Part shown: positions 38,629 through 47,271 of the stretch, in pieces
Layout of the letters: each line of letters starts with the position of its first letter
How positions within the stretch are numbered: the first letter of the stretch is position 1
NCBI GenBank assembly: GCA_035518715.1
Contig: DATIXJ010000043.1
Location: 88,386 to 152,385 of the forward strand
Source: Bacteroidota bacterium
Lineage (GTDB): Bacteria > Bacteroidota > Ignavibacteria > UBA10030 > SZUA-254
Direction: 5' to 3'
Length of the DNA stretch: 64,000 bases
Notes under the pieces: generated by a model
Seen by the model: only the letters and a program-made list of their open reading frames with translations
Database searches by the model: none
What the model was told of the DNA's origin: nothing
Translations under genes and position numbers: made by a program

Positions 38629-40182
38629 CTATTGTAACGGGCCGACCTCATCCTCGACTGCGCGGAGTATTTCACCGCTCTTCAGCAGGCGAAGGAGTAT
38701 TTGAATATCATCATGCAGAATGCGGTCACCCTGGAGGTGAGAGCAGTGCTTGCGGATTGCCGTATGTGCAGCTTTCGCTCCGACGCCCGGTACCATCGGT
38801 CGCTTCGACGAAGGATTCATCCGCGAGAAATCGATCCCCTGTGCAGCAACCATGAACTCGATAGCGATGACCGTTTGAACATTGTGCAGGATCTGCCAGA
38901 CCTTGTGCGCGCTGATCGAGCCCATGCTGTTGTGATCTTCCTGATTCGCGGAGGTCGGGATTGAATCGACGCTGGCGGGATGCGACAGGACCTTGTTCTC
39001 CGAGACGAGAGATGCCGCGGTGTACTGTGCAATCATCATGCCCGAGTTGAGCCCGCCGTTCTCCGTCAGAAATCTCGGCAGCCCGCTCAGCGCACCGTTG
39101 ATCATCCTGTCGATGCGGCGCTCGGATATGTTCGCAAACTCCGAAAGCGCGATCGCCAGGAAATCGAGCGCCAGTGCTACCGGCTGACCGTGGAAATTGC
39201 CGCCTTCGAGATGTGTCTTGGCTTCAGAAAAGATGAGCGGATTATCCGTCGCAGAATTGATCTCAGTGGAGATCACGCTGTAAATATAATCGATTGCGTC
39301 CCGGGATGCTCCGTGAACCTGCGGAATGCACCGGATCGAATATGCATCCTGGACACGCGCATCACCGCGGCGGTGTGATTCGCGGATCTCGCTTTTTTTC
39401 AAGAGAATCCGCATGTTCTTCGCACAGGCAATCTGACCGTTATGCGGACGGGCATACTGTATGCGCGGGTCGAATGCCGTGTCGCTCCCCTTCAGCGCTT
39501 CGACGCTCATCGCAGCGGCAATGTCGACGAGCTTGCACAATTGCACAGCTTCAAAGACCGCTAGCGCACCAATAGCTGTCATCATCTGCGTGCCGTTGAC
39601 GAGTGCGAGACCTTCTTTGGCAGCGAGACGGAGCGGCTGAAGTCCGATACGTTTGAGCGCAATGCTGGCGTCCATCACAGAACCATTGTAGAGGACACTT
39701 CCTTTTCCGAGAAGTGTGAGGACGAGATGAGCGAGCGGCGCGAGATCGCCGCTGGAGCCGACAGATCCGCGCGACGGGACGATCGGGATGATACCTGCGT
39801 TATAGACCGATCTGAGAAACTCGAGAGTCTCAATGCGGATCCCCGAATTCCCCTTGAGAAGAGCGTTCAATCGAAGTATCATCATGGCACGGACGACCTG
39901 GTGCGGAAGCGGCTCACCGGCACCTGCGGCATGACTGACGATAAGATTTTCCTGGAGCTGCTCGAGATGTGCGTTGTCGATCTTGACGTTGCTGAACTCG
40001 CCGAATCCGGTTGTGACGCCATAGACGGTCTCGCCGCGGCGGATCCAATCCTCGACGACACGCCGCGACCTGTTTACCCGTTTGACGGCTCCGGAAGAGA
40101 ACGTAAGAGTTGATTGTCCGACCGCAGCATGGTAGAGGGATTCGATTGAGAGTGAATTGCCGTCGAGCTGCAGCTTTTTCAT
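38629..40182 (-). CDS. hutH: Histidine ammonia-lyase (MIO-dependent aromatic amino acid lyase family)
   Basis: MIO region GSVGSSGDLAPLAHL, which is SSG rather than the usual ASG. 517 aa with family-wide similarity. Confidence 0.8.
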   Translation of the reverse strand: MKKLQLDGNSLSIESLYHAAVGQSTLTFSSGAVKRVNRSRRVVEDWIRRGETVYGVTTGFGEFSNVKIDNAHLEQLQENLIVSHAAGAGEPLPHQVVRAMMILRLNALLKGNSGIRIETLEFLRSVYNAGIIPIVPSRGSVGSSGDLAPLAHLVLTLLGKGSVLYNGSVMDASIALKRIGLQPLRLAAKEGLALVNGTQMMTAIGALAVFEAVQLCKLVDIAAAMSVEALKGSDTAFDPRIQYARPHNGQIACAKNMRILLKKSEIRESHRRGDARVQDAYSIRCIPQVHGASRDAIDYIYSVISTEINSATDNPLIFSEAKTHLEGGNFHGQPVALALDFLAIALSEFANISERRIDRMINGALSGLPRFLTENGGLNSGMMIAQYTAASLVSENKVLSHPASVDSIPTSANQEDHNSMGSISAHKVWQILHNVQTVIAIEFMVAAQGIDFSRMNPSSKRPMVPGVGAKAAHTAIRKHCSHLQGDRILHDDIQILLRLLKSGEILRAVEDEVGPLQ

Positions 40183-40368
40183 GGGGGTTGTTCGGGGAAA
40201 ATTACGTTGAATGTACGAAGAACGGGGGTGAAATGCAATGAACGAAAAAACGGACGCTTATTCCGGCTGCTTTGGTGCCATCGATGCTTACCAACACCAC
40301 TGAAGGTGTGGTCAGTCAACGATATTCCTGATCTCACTGTCTACAATGTAATCACAGGAGCAACACGT

Positions 40369-41685
40369 ATGATACGCCTACTACTCTTACTTTTCATGAG
40401 CACCGCATTGCAACTTCCCGCCCAGGTACCTTTTGGTCATTATGCTGGAGCCGTATCGCGAGACGGATCCGTTCAGCTTGTCAGCGTCGATCTCGACACC
40501 GTCGGCGGAAAGCTCGCTGGAACGCTCGATATTCCGGAATTGATGGATTATGAGATACCGATACCTCCCGCCACATGGAGACACGATACACTTGTGCTCT
40601 GGGTGAATTATGGTAATTTTTTCTGCAGATACTTTCCATCCACCGACGAAATTACGGGCATCAGCGAGGGATGGCAACCGAAAATCCGCCTGCATCTCAA
40701 GAAGGCGGATCGTCAACTTCCGCACTTCAGGCGGGAAGAAATCACATTCCGAAACAAGGATGTGCGCCTTGGCGGGGTCCTGTTCATCCCATTGGCGAAA
40801 CCAGCTCCTCCTTTCGCGGTGCTCATTCATGGATCGGGTGAAGTGGACAGAAATTCCGACTATTATCATTCTCTTGGATACGCGCTCGCCGAGAAAGGAA
40901 TCGGAGTGCTGTTGTATGACAAGCGCGGGTGTGGAAAATCCGGTGGTGACTGGAAGACCGCCACGATGCAGGACTTCGCGAATGACGCCGTCGCTGCTTT
41001 GGAGTTTCTGAAGCACGAGAGCAACGCGCAGTTTTCTTCCGTGGGATTTCTGGGAACGAGTCAGGGTGGTTGGATAACAGCCATTGCTGCAAACAGATGC
41101 AGCGACTGTGATTTTGCGATCCTGAATGTCGGGCCGTCGGTTTCAGTCTTCCATCAGGATGTTGACCGCGTGAGATATTCCATGCTGGGCGATGGTCTGC
41201 CGGAAAGTTCGATCGATTCTGCGGTTGAGTATTCGAAGCTTTATTTCCGATACGCCACAACGACAGCGCGGCAGGACTGGGAAACATTACGGAAAGAAGC
41301 CGATCGGCTAAGCGGGAGAAGCTGGATCGGTTACGTTAACGTTCCTCCGAATGATTCTGATTTTGTCTGGTGGAGAAACAACGACTATGATCCGGCGGGG
41401 GACCTGAGCAAAATGCGCTGTCCGGTGCTGAGCATATTCGGAGAGAAAGATGTTCTTGTCCCTCCTGCTGAGAACGAAACGAGAATGGATTCGCTTCTTC
41501 ATCTTTCGGGAACTCCATACACGATCAAAGTAATCCGTAGTGTCGGGCACGATGAACTGACGTTTCAGGGATTGAACGGCTCCGGATGGCAATGGCCCGC
41601 AGTCTACTGGCAATGGCGGAAGAGGCCGCGGGAAATCGTAGATACGATGGTTGGATGGATTGCTCGTCTTCGCAGAGGAGAATAA
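40369..41685 (+). CDS. Secreted alpha/beta hydrolase (dienelactone hydrolase / S9-like)
   Basis: Signal peptide MIRLLLLLFMSTALQLPAQ. Nucleophile elbow GTSQGGW (GxSxG) and a C-terminal ...SVGHDEL (His region). The track ORF is N-terminally over-extended. Confidence 0.7.
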   Translation: MIRLLLLLFMSTALQLPAQVPFGHYAGAVSRDGSVQLVSVDLDTVGGKLAGTLDIPELMDYEIPIPPATWRHDTLVLWVNYGNFFCRYFPSTDEITGISEGWQPKIRLHLKKADRQLPHFRREEITFRNKDVRLGGVLFIPLAKPAPPFAVLIHGSGEVDRNSDYYHSLGYALAEKGIGVLLYDKRGCGKSGGDWKTATMQDFANDAVAALEFLKHESNAQFSSVGFLGTSQGGWITAIAANRCSDCDFAILNVGPSVSVFHQDVDRVRYSMLGDGLPESSIDSAVEYSKLYFRYATTTARQDWETLRKEADRLSGRSWIGYVNVPPNDSDFVWWRNNDYDPAGDLSKMRCPVLSIFGEKDVLVPPAENETRMDSLLHLSGTPYTIKVIRSVGHDELTFQGLNGSGWQWPAVYWQWRKRPREIVDTMVGWIARLRRGE

Positions 41686-41693
41686 TGTAATTA

Positions 41694-41900
41694 CTTGATG
41701 AGCACCATCTTTCCTGTTTGAACAAGATCGCCGGCGATGATCCTGCAAGAATAGACACCGCTCGAGAATCTGGACGCGTTCCATGGAGCCGCGTAAGTCC
41801 CCGGCTCCCCCTGTTCATCATCGAGCGTTTCTGTTAATTCTCCCGGAACATTAGCGTCATACAAACGTACGAGGCGCCGGCGTGGACTGACATTCCCCGA
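41694..41900 (-). pseudogene. Orphan remnant of a T9SS C-terminal sorting domain: no start codon, and cut off upstream by three in-frame stops
   Basis: Minus-strand frame 0 reads ...RLVRLYDANVPGELTETLDDEQGEPGTYAAPWNASRFSSGVYSCRIIAGDLVQTGKMVLIK*. This aligns with the CTD of the 42908..44881 protein (...VNIQVFNMLGQVVATLL...SGVYFCRLSAGNFVQTRKMVLLK*), with high nucleotide identity over the last ~70 nt. Confidence 0.6.
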
Positions 41901-41975
41901 TCAGGCGGCTTTGTGAAGCACTTATCGGTCGGGGGATTCCCGAACACTCATACCGGCATCCGTTGCGCACTTGAT

Positions 41976-42707
41976 CTACATTCGTCTTAACGGCCTGAGT
42001 ATATCTTCGGCAAATCTGGATGGCCGATGTCGGGAGGGTTTGGGCAGTTGCCCAGGATACGACATGCCCCACCCCTGGTCGTTCACTCTTCCGCGAACCA
42101 TTACAACGCCGGAACCAGAGTCCAGGAGTACGTCCTTTATAGTCGATGGGCCTTTTGCCTGCCAGAATTGCTCATTTATGACTTCTGATTGTCCCCCTGC
42201 GGATATCGTCCCTTTTGAATTGAACCAGAGACAAGCATTGAAAATTCCACAAGGGACAGATATGCTTACGGTATCCTGCAGGGATTGTTCATACTTCAGG
42301 GTAAAATTATAACCCTGATAAAAGAACGTGGTGGAAAGAACGTATGTTTTGCCGAAGACCAAAGTACTGGGAAGTGAAGGTAGCGGTTTGTCAAAGAGTA
42401 TTAAAGATCCGCCTTGAGGCACGTACCCGGCATAACCGGCAGAGCTATAAAAATACTCGTTCCCATCGCTGGTGTAGGTTGTGTTATACTTGATCCCATT
42501 AATTGTCACCGTCTCACCAAATTCTTCCCAGGAACTATCGGACCATACCTTGTAATAGGAGTTATCGATCGTGAAACCATAGCCAGTCATCTTCATCGTC
42601 TTCGGACCAGGAGGAGATGGGGAGACTGGTGATTCGTCGTTGTGGCAGGAAATTACCGCTATGGAGAGCATGAGAACATACAGAGCTATCGGGATTTTCA
42701 TTTGCAT
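41976..42707 (-). CDS. Hypothetical lipoprotein in the same frame as the downstream CTD remnant; possibly the decayed N-terminal part of a former T9SS substrate
   Basis: Signal/lipobox MQMKIPIALYVLMLSIAVISC. The stop at 41976 is followed, in the same frame, by stops at ~41922 and ~41901 and then the CTD remnant. Confidence 0.5.
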   Translation of the reverse strand: MQMKIPIALYVLMLSIAVISCHNDESPVSPSPPGPKTMKMTGYGFTIDNSYYKVWSDSSWEEFGETVTINGIKYNTTYTSDGNEYFYSSAGYAGYVPQGGSLILFDKPLPSLPSTLVFGKTYVLSTTFFYQGYNFTLKYEQSLQDTVSISVPCGIFNACLWFNSKGTISAGGQSEVINEQFWQAKGPSTIKDVLLDSGSGVVMVRGRVNDQGWGMSYPGQLPKPSRHRPSRFAEDILRPLRRM

Positions 42708-42907
42708 TCCTCCTAGGCCGTGTGCATTTCCTCCCGAGATGGATGCATTGAATTTTCGGATTTCCTGGTTGAAGTTCATCTTATCGATTATTAGAAGACG
42801 ACGAACTTTTTCCGAGTTCTCCATTTATGTCAGTGCATGTGCATCGCATGCAGCGGGAATACGCACGAATGTGAGTTGTATTCAGGATCAATAAGTTCGA
42901 GAATTCA

Positions 42908-44881
42908 TCATTTCAGCAGCACCATCTTTCTTGTTTGAACAAAATTGCCGGCGCTCAGCCTGCAGAAATAGACGCCGCTAGTCGCACCGGCGGAATTCCA
43001 CCTCACCTCTTTGTATCCCGCGGTTTGAATGCCGTCGAGAAGAGTTGCCACAACCTGGCCGAGCATATTGAATACCTGAATATTCACTCTGCTCGCCACC
43101 GGCAGCTGGTACCGGATCACCGTCGTCGGATTGAAGGGATTTGGAAAGGGCGAATCAAGCGCATATTCTTTCGGCATCGTTGTCTGCACAGACGGCATTG
43201 CATCCGGAGGCGGAGGTGGGCCGTCTGCCATCGTCTCCGAAACCCTTATGGTGTTCTTCGCAAGGAACGAAGATCCTCGTTTCAGGATGAGCTTGGCTGG
43301 CTGATCGGCCTTCACCCAGTATCCCCGGCTCGGGAAAAGCGTATCGCTCATATAGTACGTATGGTCATACCCGAAGAATTTGCTCGTTGTAATTGCGGGC
43401 GGGATGCTTGCAATGGCCGATATAGCCACCGGCACGGAGATCGACCCTATCATATTCCAGCCTTCCTGGACTTCGATAGTATCGTTGAAGAGAGAATCAC
43501 CCTCAAATCCCATCTCCCACGGCTGACTCAGTTTCACCCAGTAAGCGGTTCCACCCTGGAGCGAGTCTGCAACTTTGTATCCACCATGATAAAGAAACGC
43601 GCTCGAGGTTGATTGCGGAAACAAGAAGGCTATGGTTCGGTACTTCGGGTTAACAGGAATGGAAATGAGATTCCAGCCAGCGTATCCCACAACCGTTAAG
43701 GGGTCATACATTGATTGAAAAACCCCCCTTCTGTACCAGGCCGAGAAGCCACCATCCGCATCGACTTTCTCCCAAGTCACGTGCACGGCCGTTCGGGATA
43801 TCCCGAGCGAACAATTCGCCCCATAATCGGATACACGGTACACCGAAGACCATGTCGTTCCCCTATCGGTGCTCACGCGAACCTTCACAGCCCCGTTTGG
43901 GTATTCATCAGCTATCCATCCAATCACGATCACATTTCCCTTGACTGCTGTCCACACTGCATATCCGTTAGGTTCGTCGTCCATTCGGATCTCAGGGTGA
44001 AATGTCCTACCATTATCTGTACTCCAGCGAGCGATCACACTGCAACCGACAGGCGTCTCACAGCCATATTTCTCGTCCTTCCAAGCAATGGCCACGACAC
44101 TTGAATCTCCTTGGTTATCGGCAGACATATATGGCTCGAGTGCATAGGAATAATTCACTGTTGAAATCGGGACTGAGTCTCCCCACGTTACCCCGAAATC
44201 TGTGCTCTGCCAGTATGTGATCACAAACTCGGCCCAGTACCCAGCGGAATCATATCCTGTTTGAGCGCACCGGTGTAAAATGCCGTTGGTGAGAGCCACC
44301 GAGGGATCTGAAGTCGCAAAGTACCAATTTCCAACTGGTCCTTTCCAGTGGTTTCCCGCATCTGTCGATAGCTCGATATTATAGCCGTCGGTCATGAGTG
44401 CAAGTGTATCCCCGTCTGCTCCAAATGCATTTGGCCATTCGTGTACAATGAGCGGCGGAGAGTTTGATGGGGACCAAGTGTTTCCCCCGTCCGTACTCGA
44501 AACATAGTGACTAGCAAAATATCCCTCTGGCGGAGCAGAGAGATAAAATCCAAAAAGTTTATCGCCTGAGGCCACCAGCCACGGCAATTGCACGATTCCC
44601 ACATTGTCATTTACGATGAGGCGTAAGGGGTCGAAGGCATGGCCATTATCAGTCGATTTCAAAAACGGAAAGGATAGGGGACTCGCACCCCAGGTTAGGT
44701 ACACCGCATCTTTGTGTGTCACGACAATCGGGCCTCCAGCATGAAATAATGTATCAGGTGAAATTTGCACTTGCGGCATCCAGACGATGCCGTCGTGAAT
44801 GTCTTGCGACAAAGCGCAGGCAGGAAGCAAATACAGAAGGAGACACAACTGAGAGAAGTTAGCGACTCGCATAATCCGCAT
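42908..44881 (-). CDS. Secreted BNR/Asp-box repeat (sialidase-like beta-propeller) protein with a T9SS C-terminal sorting domain
   Basis: Signal peptide. Six Asp-boxes (STDNGHAF, STDGGNTW, STDAGNHW, STDFGVTW, STDNGRTF, STDRGTTW). The CTD runs ...NPFNPTTVIRYQLP...VFNMLGQ...SGVYFCRL...KMVLLK. Confidence 0.8.
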   Translation of the reverse strand: MRIMRVANFSQLCLLLYLLPACALSQDIHDGIVWMPQVQISPDTLFHAGGPIVVTHKDAVYLTWGASPLSFPFLKSTDNGHAFDPLRLIVNDNVGIVQLPWLVASGDKLFGFYLSAPPEGYFASHYVSSTDGGNTWSPSNSPPLIVHEWPNAFGADGDTLALMTDGYNIELSTDAGNHWKGPVGNWYFATSDPSVALTNGILHRCAQTGYDSAGYWAEFVITYWQSTDFGVTWGDSVPISTVNYSYALEPYMSADNQGDSSVVAIAWKDEKYGCETPVGCSVIARWSTDNGRTFHPEIRMDDEPNGYAVWTAVKGNVIVIGWIADEYPNGAVKVRVSTDRGTTWSSVYRVSDYGANCSLGISRTAVHVTWEKVDADGGFSAWYRRGVFQSMYDPLTVVGYAGWNLISIPVNPKYRTIAFLFPQSTSSAFLYHGGYKVADSLQGGTAYWVKLSQPWEMGFEGDSLFNDTIEVQEGWNMIGSISVPVAISAIASIPPAITTSKFFGYDHTYYMSDTLFPSRGYWVKADQPAKLILKRGSSFLAKNTIRVSETMADGPPPPPDAMPSVQTTMPKEYALDSPFPNPFNPTTVIRYQLPVASRVNIQVFNMLGQVVATLLDGIQTAGYKEVRWNSAGATSGVYFCRLSAGNFVQTRKMVLLK

Positions 44882-45195
44882 CCGGTCAATGTGAATTCCA
44901 ATGGTGGAATTCCGATTACCACAAGAACGGATGAGAATAAGGTGTACTCAGGCCCCTTCCCAGGACATGACATCAATAATATAAGAAAATGCTCTGCCAT
45001 TTTCTTCTGTCTTTCTCATGACCTTATTGGTCGGGATAACAGGCACCGCGGGGTTTTCTCATCAAAAATTAATCGAAAATAAGCGAATTCCTTCAAATCC
45101 ACGCCGAATCTGTACAATATTCGGGGATCCGTTCCAAATCACATCCCGCATTGACTCTGCCTCCGATTTTGTCTAAAATATTCGCCAAATAGAAT

Positions 45196-46299
45196 ATGAA
45201 AAAGCCAAAAACACCCGTACCGCGTGTTCTGGTGGTAGACGATGAAAAGATGTTCCGCACCGTTACCGTTCAGGCATGCAAAGAAGAGGGCTTCCAGGTT
45301 GCGGAAGCTTCCAGCGGCAAAGAGGCAATCGACCGCTGCCGCGAACGTTCGTTCGATATCGTCCTGCTCGATGTGCGCATGAACGACCTCGACGGACTTG
45401 AAACGCTCAAGATCCTGCGTGAACAGTCACCGTCCACCGAATATCTTATCGTTACCGGTCATGCTGAAGTCGGCCTGGCTCTCCAGGCACTCAAATCGGG
45501 GATACGCGAGTTCATTACCAAGCCGATCGGAACGGAAGAGCTTGTCCAGCGCATCAAGTCGGTCTGGCGTGCACGCCTTGCCGAGAAGCGCCTCAAAGAA
45601 ATGCAGATAAAATTCAACACACAGATATTCAACGATCTTCTCACACAGCTCGGCTCCGTGAGAACTGCTCTCCAGAGTATTAACGGGAACGGAAAGTCGG
45701 GCGAGTCTCAGAAAGGTCTCCTGGCAAATGTCAGCGAGACCCTCGGCACCATGGAAGCGCGGCTCAACAACATGATCGACATGACGATGTACGAAGCCGA
45801 TGGCGTCGAGATCGAACGGATCCCGACGAACCTCGACGAACTCGTACCGGCAGTGTGCGCACAGTTCAAATCACGGTGCAACGCCAGGAAGATCAAGATG
45901 ACCGTGAATGTAGCGCCGGGGATCTCCACGATTGAGATGGATCCGATCAAGATCGAGCGCGTCCTCAAGCACCTCATCGAAAATGCCATGGCCCACACGC
46001 CCAAGCAGGGTTCGATCGATGTCCGTGTTTCGCCGGTCTCCATGCCGTCCGACGGCAACAGCAAAGAGTTCGTGGAAGTCGCCATTACCGATTCGGGCGC
46101 ACCGATTCCGAGAAGTGAGCTTCTCCTAGCCTTCGACAAGTACAAGGACGTGCTGACCGAAAAGACCCCAAGTGCGTCGGCGGATGCTCTTCGGCTGCCG
46201 ATCTGCAAGAGCATCATCGAAGCGCACCGCGGAACGATCTCTGCAAACTCGGAAGAGGGCAAAGGAAGCACGTTCGCCTTCAGTATTCCGGTCCAGTAA
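45196..46299 (+). CDS. Receiver (REC) domain fused to a histidine-kinase-like DHp/HATPase_c region that has no phospho-acceptor histidine
   Basis: REC: VLVVDDE, LLDVRMNDLDG and FITKP, all intact. N-box LKHLIENAMAHT, G1-like ITDSGAPIP and G2 EGKGSTFAFSIP are present. The position aligned to the H-box reads LTQLGSVRTAL (compare SHELRTPL), with no His anywhere between the REC domain and the N-box. Confidence 0.7.
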   Translation: MKKPKTPVPRVLVVDDEKMFRTVTVQACKEEGFQVAEASSGKEAIDRCRERSFDIVLLDVRMNDLDGLETLKILREQSPSTEYLIVTGHAEVGLALQALKSGIREFITKPIGTEELVQRIKSVWRARLAEKRLKEMQIKFNTQIFNDLLTQLGSVRTALQSINGNGKSGESQKGLLANVSETLGTMEARLNNMIDMTMYEADGVEIERIPTNLDELVPAVCAQFKSRCNARKIKMTVNVAPGISTIEMDPIKIERVLKHLIENAMAHTPKQGSIDVRVSPVSMPSDGNSKEFVEVAITDSGAPIPRSELLLAFDKYKDVLTEKTPSASADALRLPICKSIIEAHRGTISANSEEGKGSTFAFSIPVQ

Positions 46300-46472
46300 T
46301 TTCTTCCCCCGGCGATCTCTCGTCTCCCGACGGGTCGGTTCCCCGTTTCCGCTCTTTTGTATGCGCATCGGTCCGAAGGCATCATCTGAAGCAGATTTGA
46401 TACTCTCCTTCCGATTCGGTATCTTGACCTCCTAATCCGTCCCCCTTTTTGTATAATTTTCTGGAGTCAACC

Positions 46473-47234
46473 ATGAACAGAGCCATGATGGCTGTTCTGG
46501 CAGCATCAATAGTGTTCTTTTCTCTGATCCAGCTCAACTGCACAAGCAATAGCAGCAACAGCAATCCGGTGAACACCTCAACACCCATAACAGCGAACCT
46601 TCTTCCGCTCGTTGCGGGACACAGCTACACCTATTCCGGATACCTCGTCGATACAAATACGGTGAAGGATTCCGTTCCCGGAATTCCACGGAGTGCCTTC
46701 AGCGCGACCTGGACGCTTGAACCGGGACTCAATAACACCTGGCTCTTTCTCGATTCCACGACCATTCTTGATTCGACAAGAGTGAAAATTCTCGCCATCA
46801 GGAAAGATTCCGCTACCGGGGATTTTGCATTCCTCCAAACGCTCGGACCTTTTTATCGTGCAGTTCATGCAAACTACACCGACACGGCGCTCTGGGTTAC
46901 CGTGGCACGCCCGAGTTTGGGCATGAACACCGTCTGGAAAACATTCGACACGACAATCAACGGCACGATCAATGGTATTGCCGCTTCGATACAGCTGCAG
47001 ATTTTCGGGGTCATCGAGGCGCACGAGACGATTACCGACAGCTCCTCCTCACATAATCAATTCGATACTTACCGCATCCGGACATACCGGACAATTACTG
47101 TAGGACCAATTTCGATTTCGACGACGACGGCGTATCTGTGGCTTGCCGCGGATGTCGGACCCGTGCAGATTGATATTGCCGGCGATCCGGAGAATTACGG
47201 TTTCTACGGAGTTCTCGCAAATAAGAATTTTTAG
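46473..47234 (+). CDS. Hypothetical secreted or lipoprotein immediately upstream of a TonB-dependent receptor
   Basis: Signal peptide MNRAMMAVLAASIVFFSLIQLNC. No recognisable domain. Sits 38 nt upstream of the TBDR gene. Confidence 0.45.
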   Translation: MNRAMMAVLAASIVFFSLIQLNCTSNSSNSNPVNTSTPITANLLPLVAGHSYTYSGYLVDTNTVKDSVPGIPRSAFSATWTLEPGLNNTWLFLDSTTILDSTRVKILAIRKDSATGDFAFLQTLGPFYRAVHANYTDTALWVTVARPSLGMNTVWKTFDTTINGTINGIAASIQLQIFGVIEAHETITDSSSSHNQFDTYRIRTYRTITVGPISISTTTAYLWLAADVGPVQIDIAGDPENYGFYGVLANKNF

Positions 47235-47271
47235 GAACATTATCCCGGTTGTTACCGGGCCCTTTTCTTCC

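Noticed and set aside
46424-46457. TTGACC ... TATAAT sigma70-like promoter upstream of the hypothetical-TBDR pair
   Set aside because: The spacer is ~22 bp, which is too long for a canonical sigma70 promoter, and FCB-group promoters use a different consensus. Not reported as a feature.
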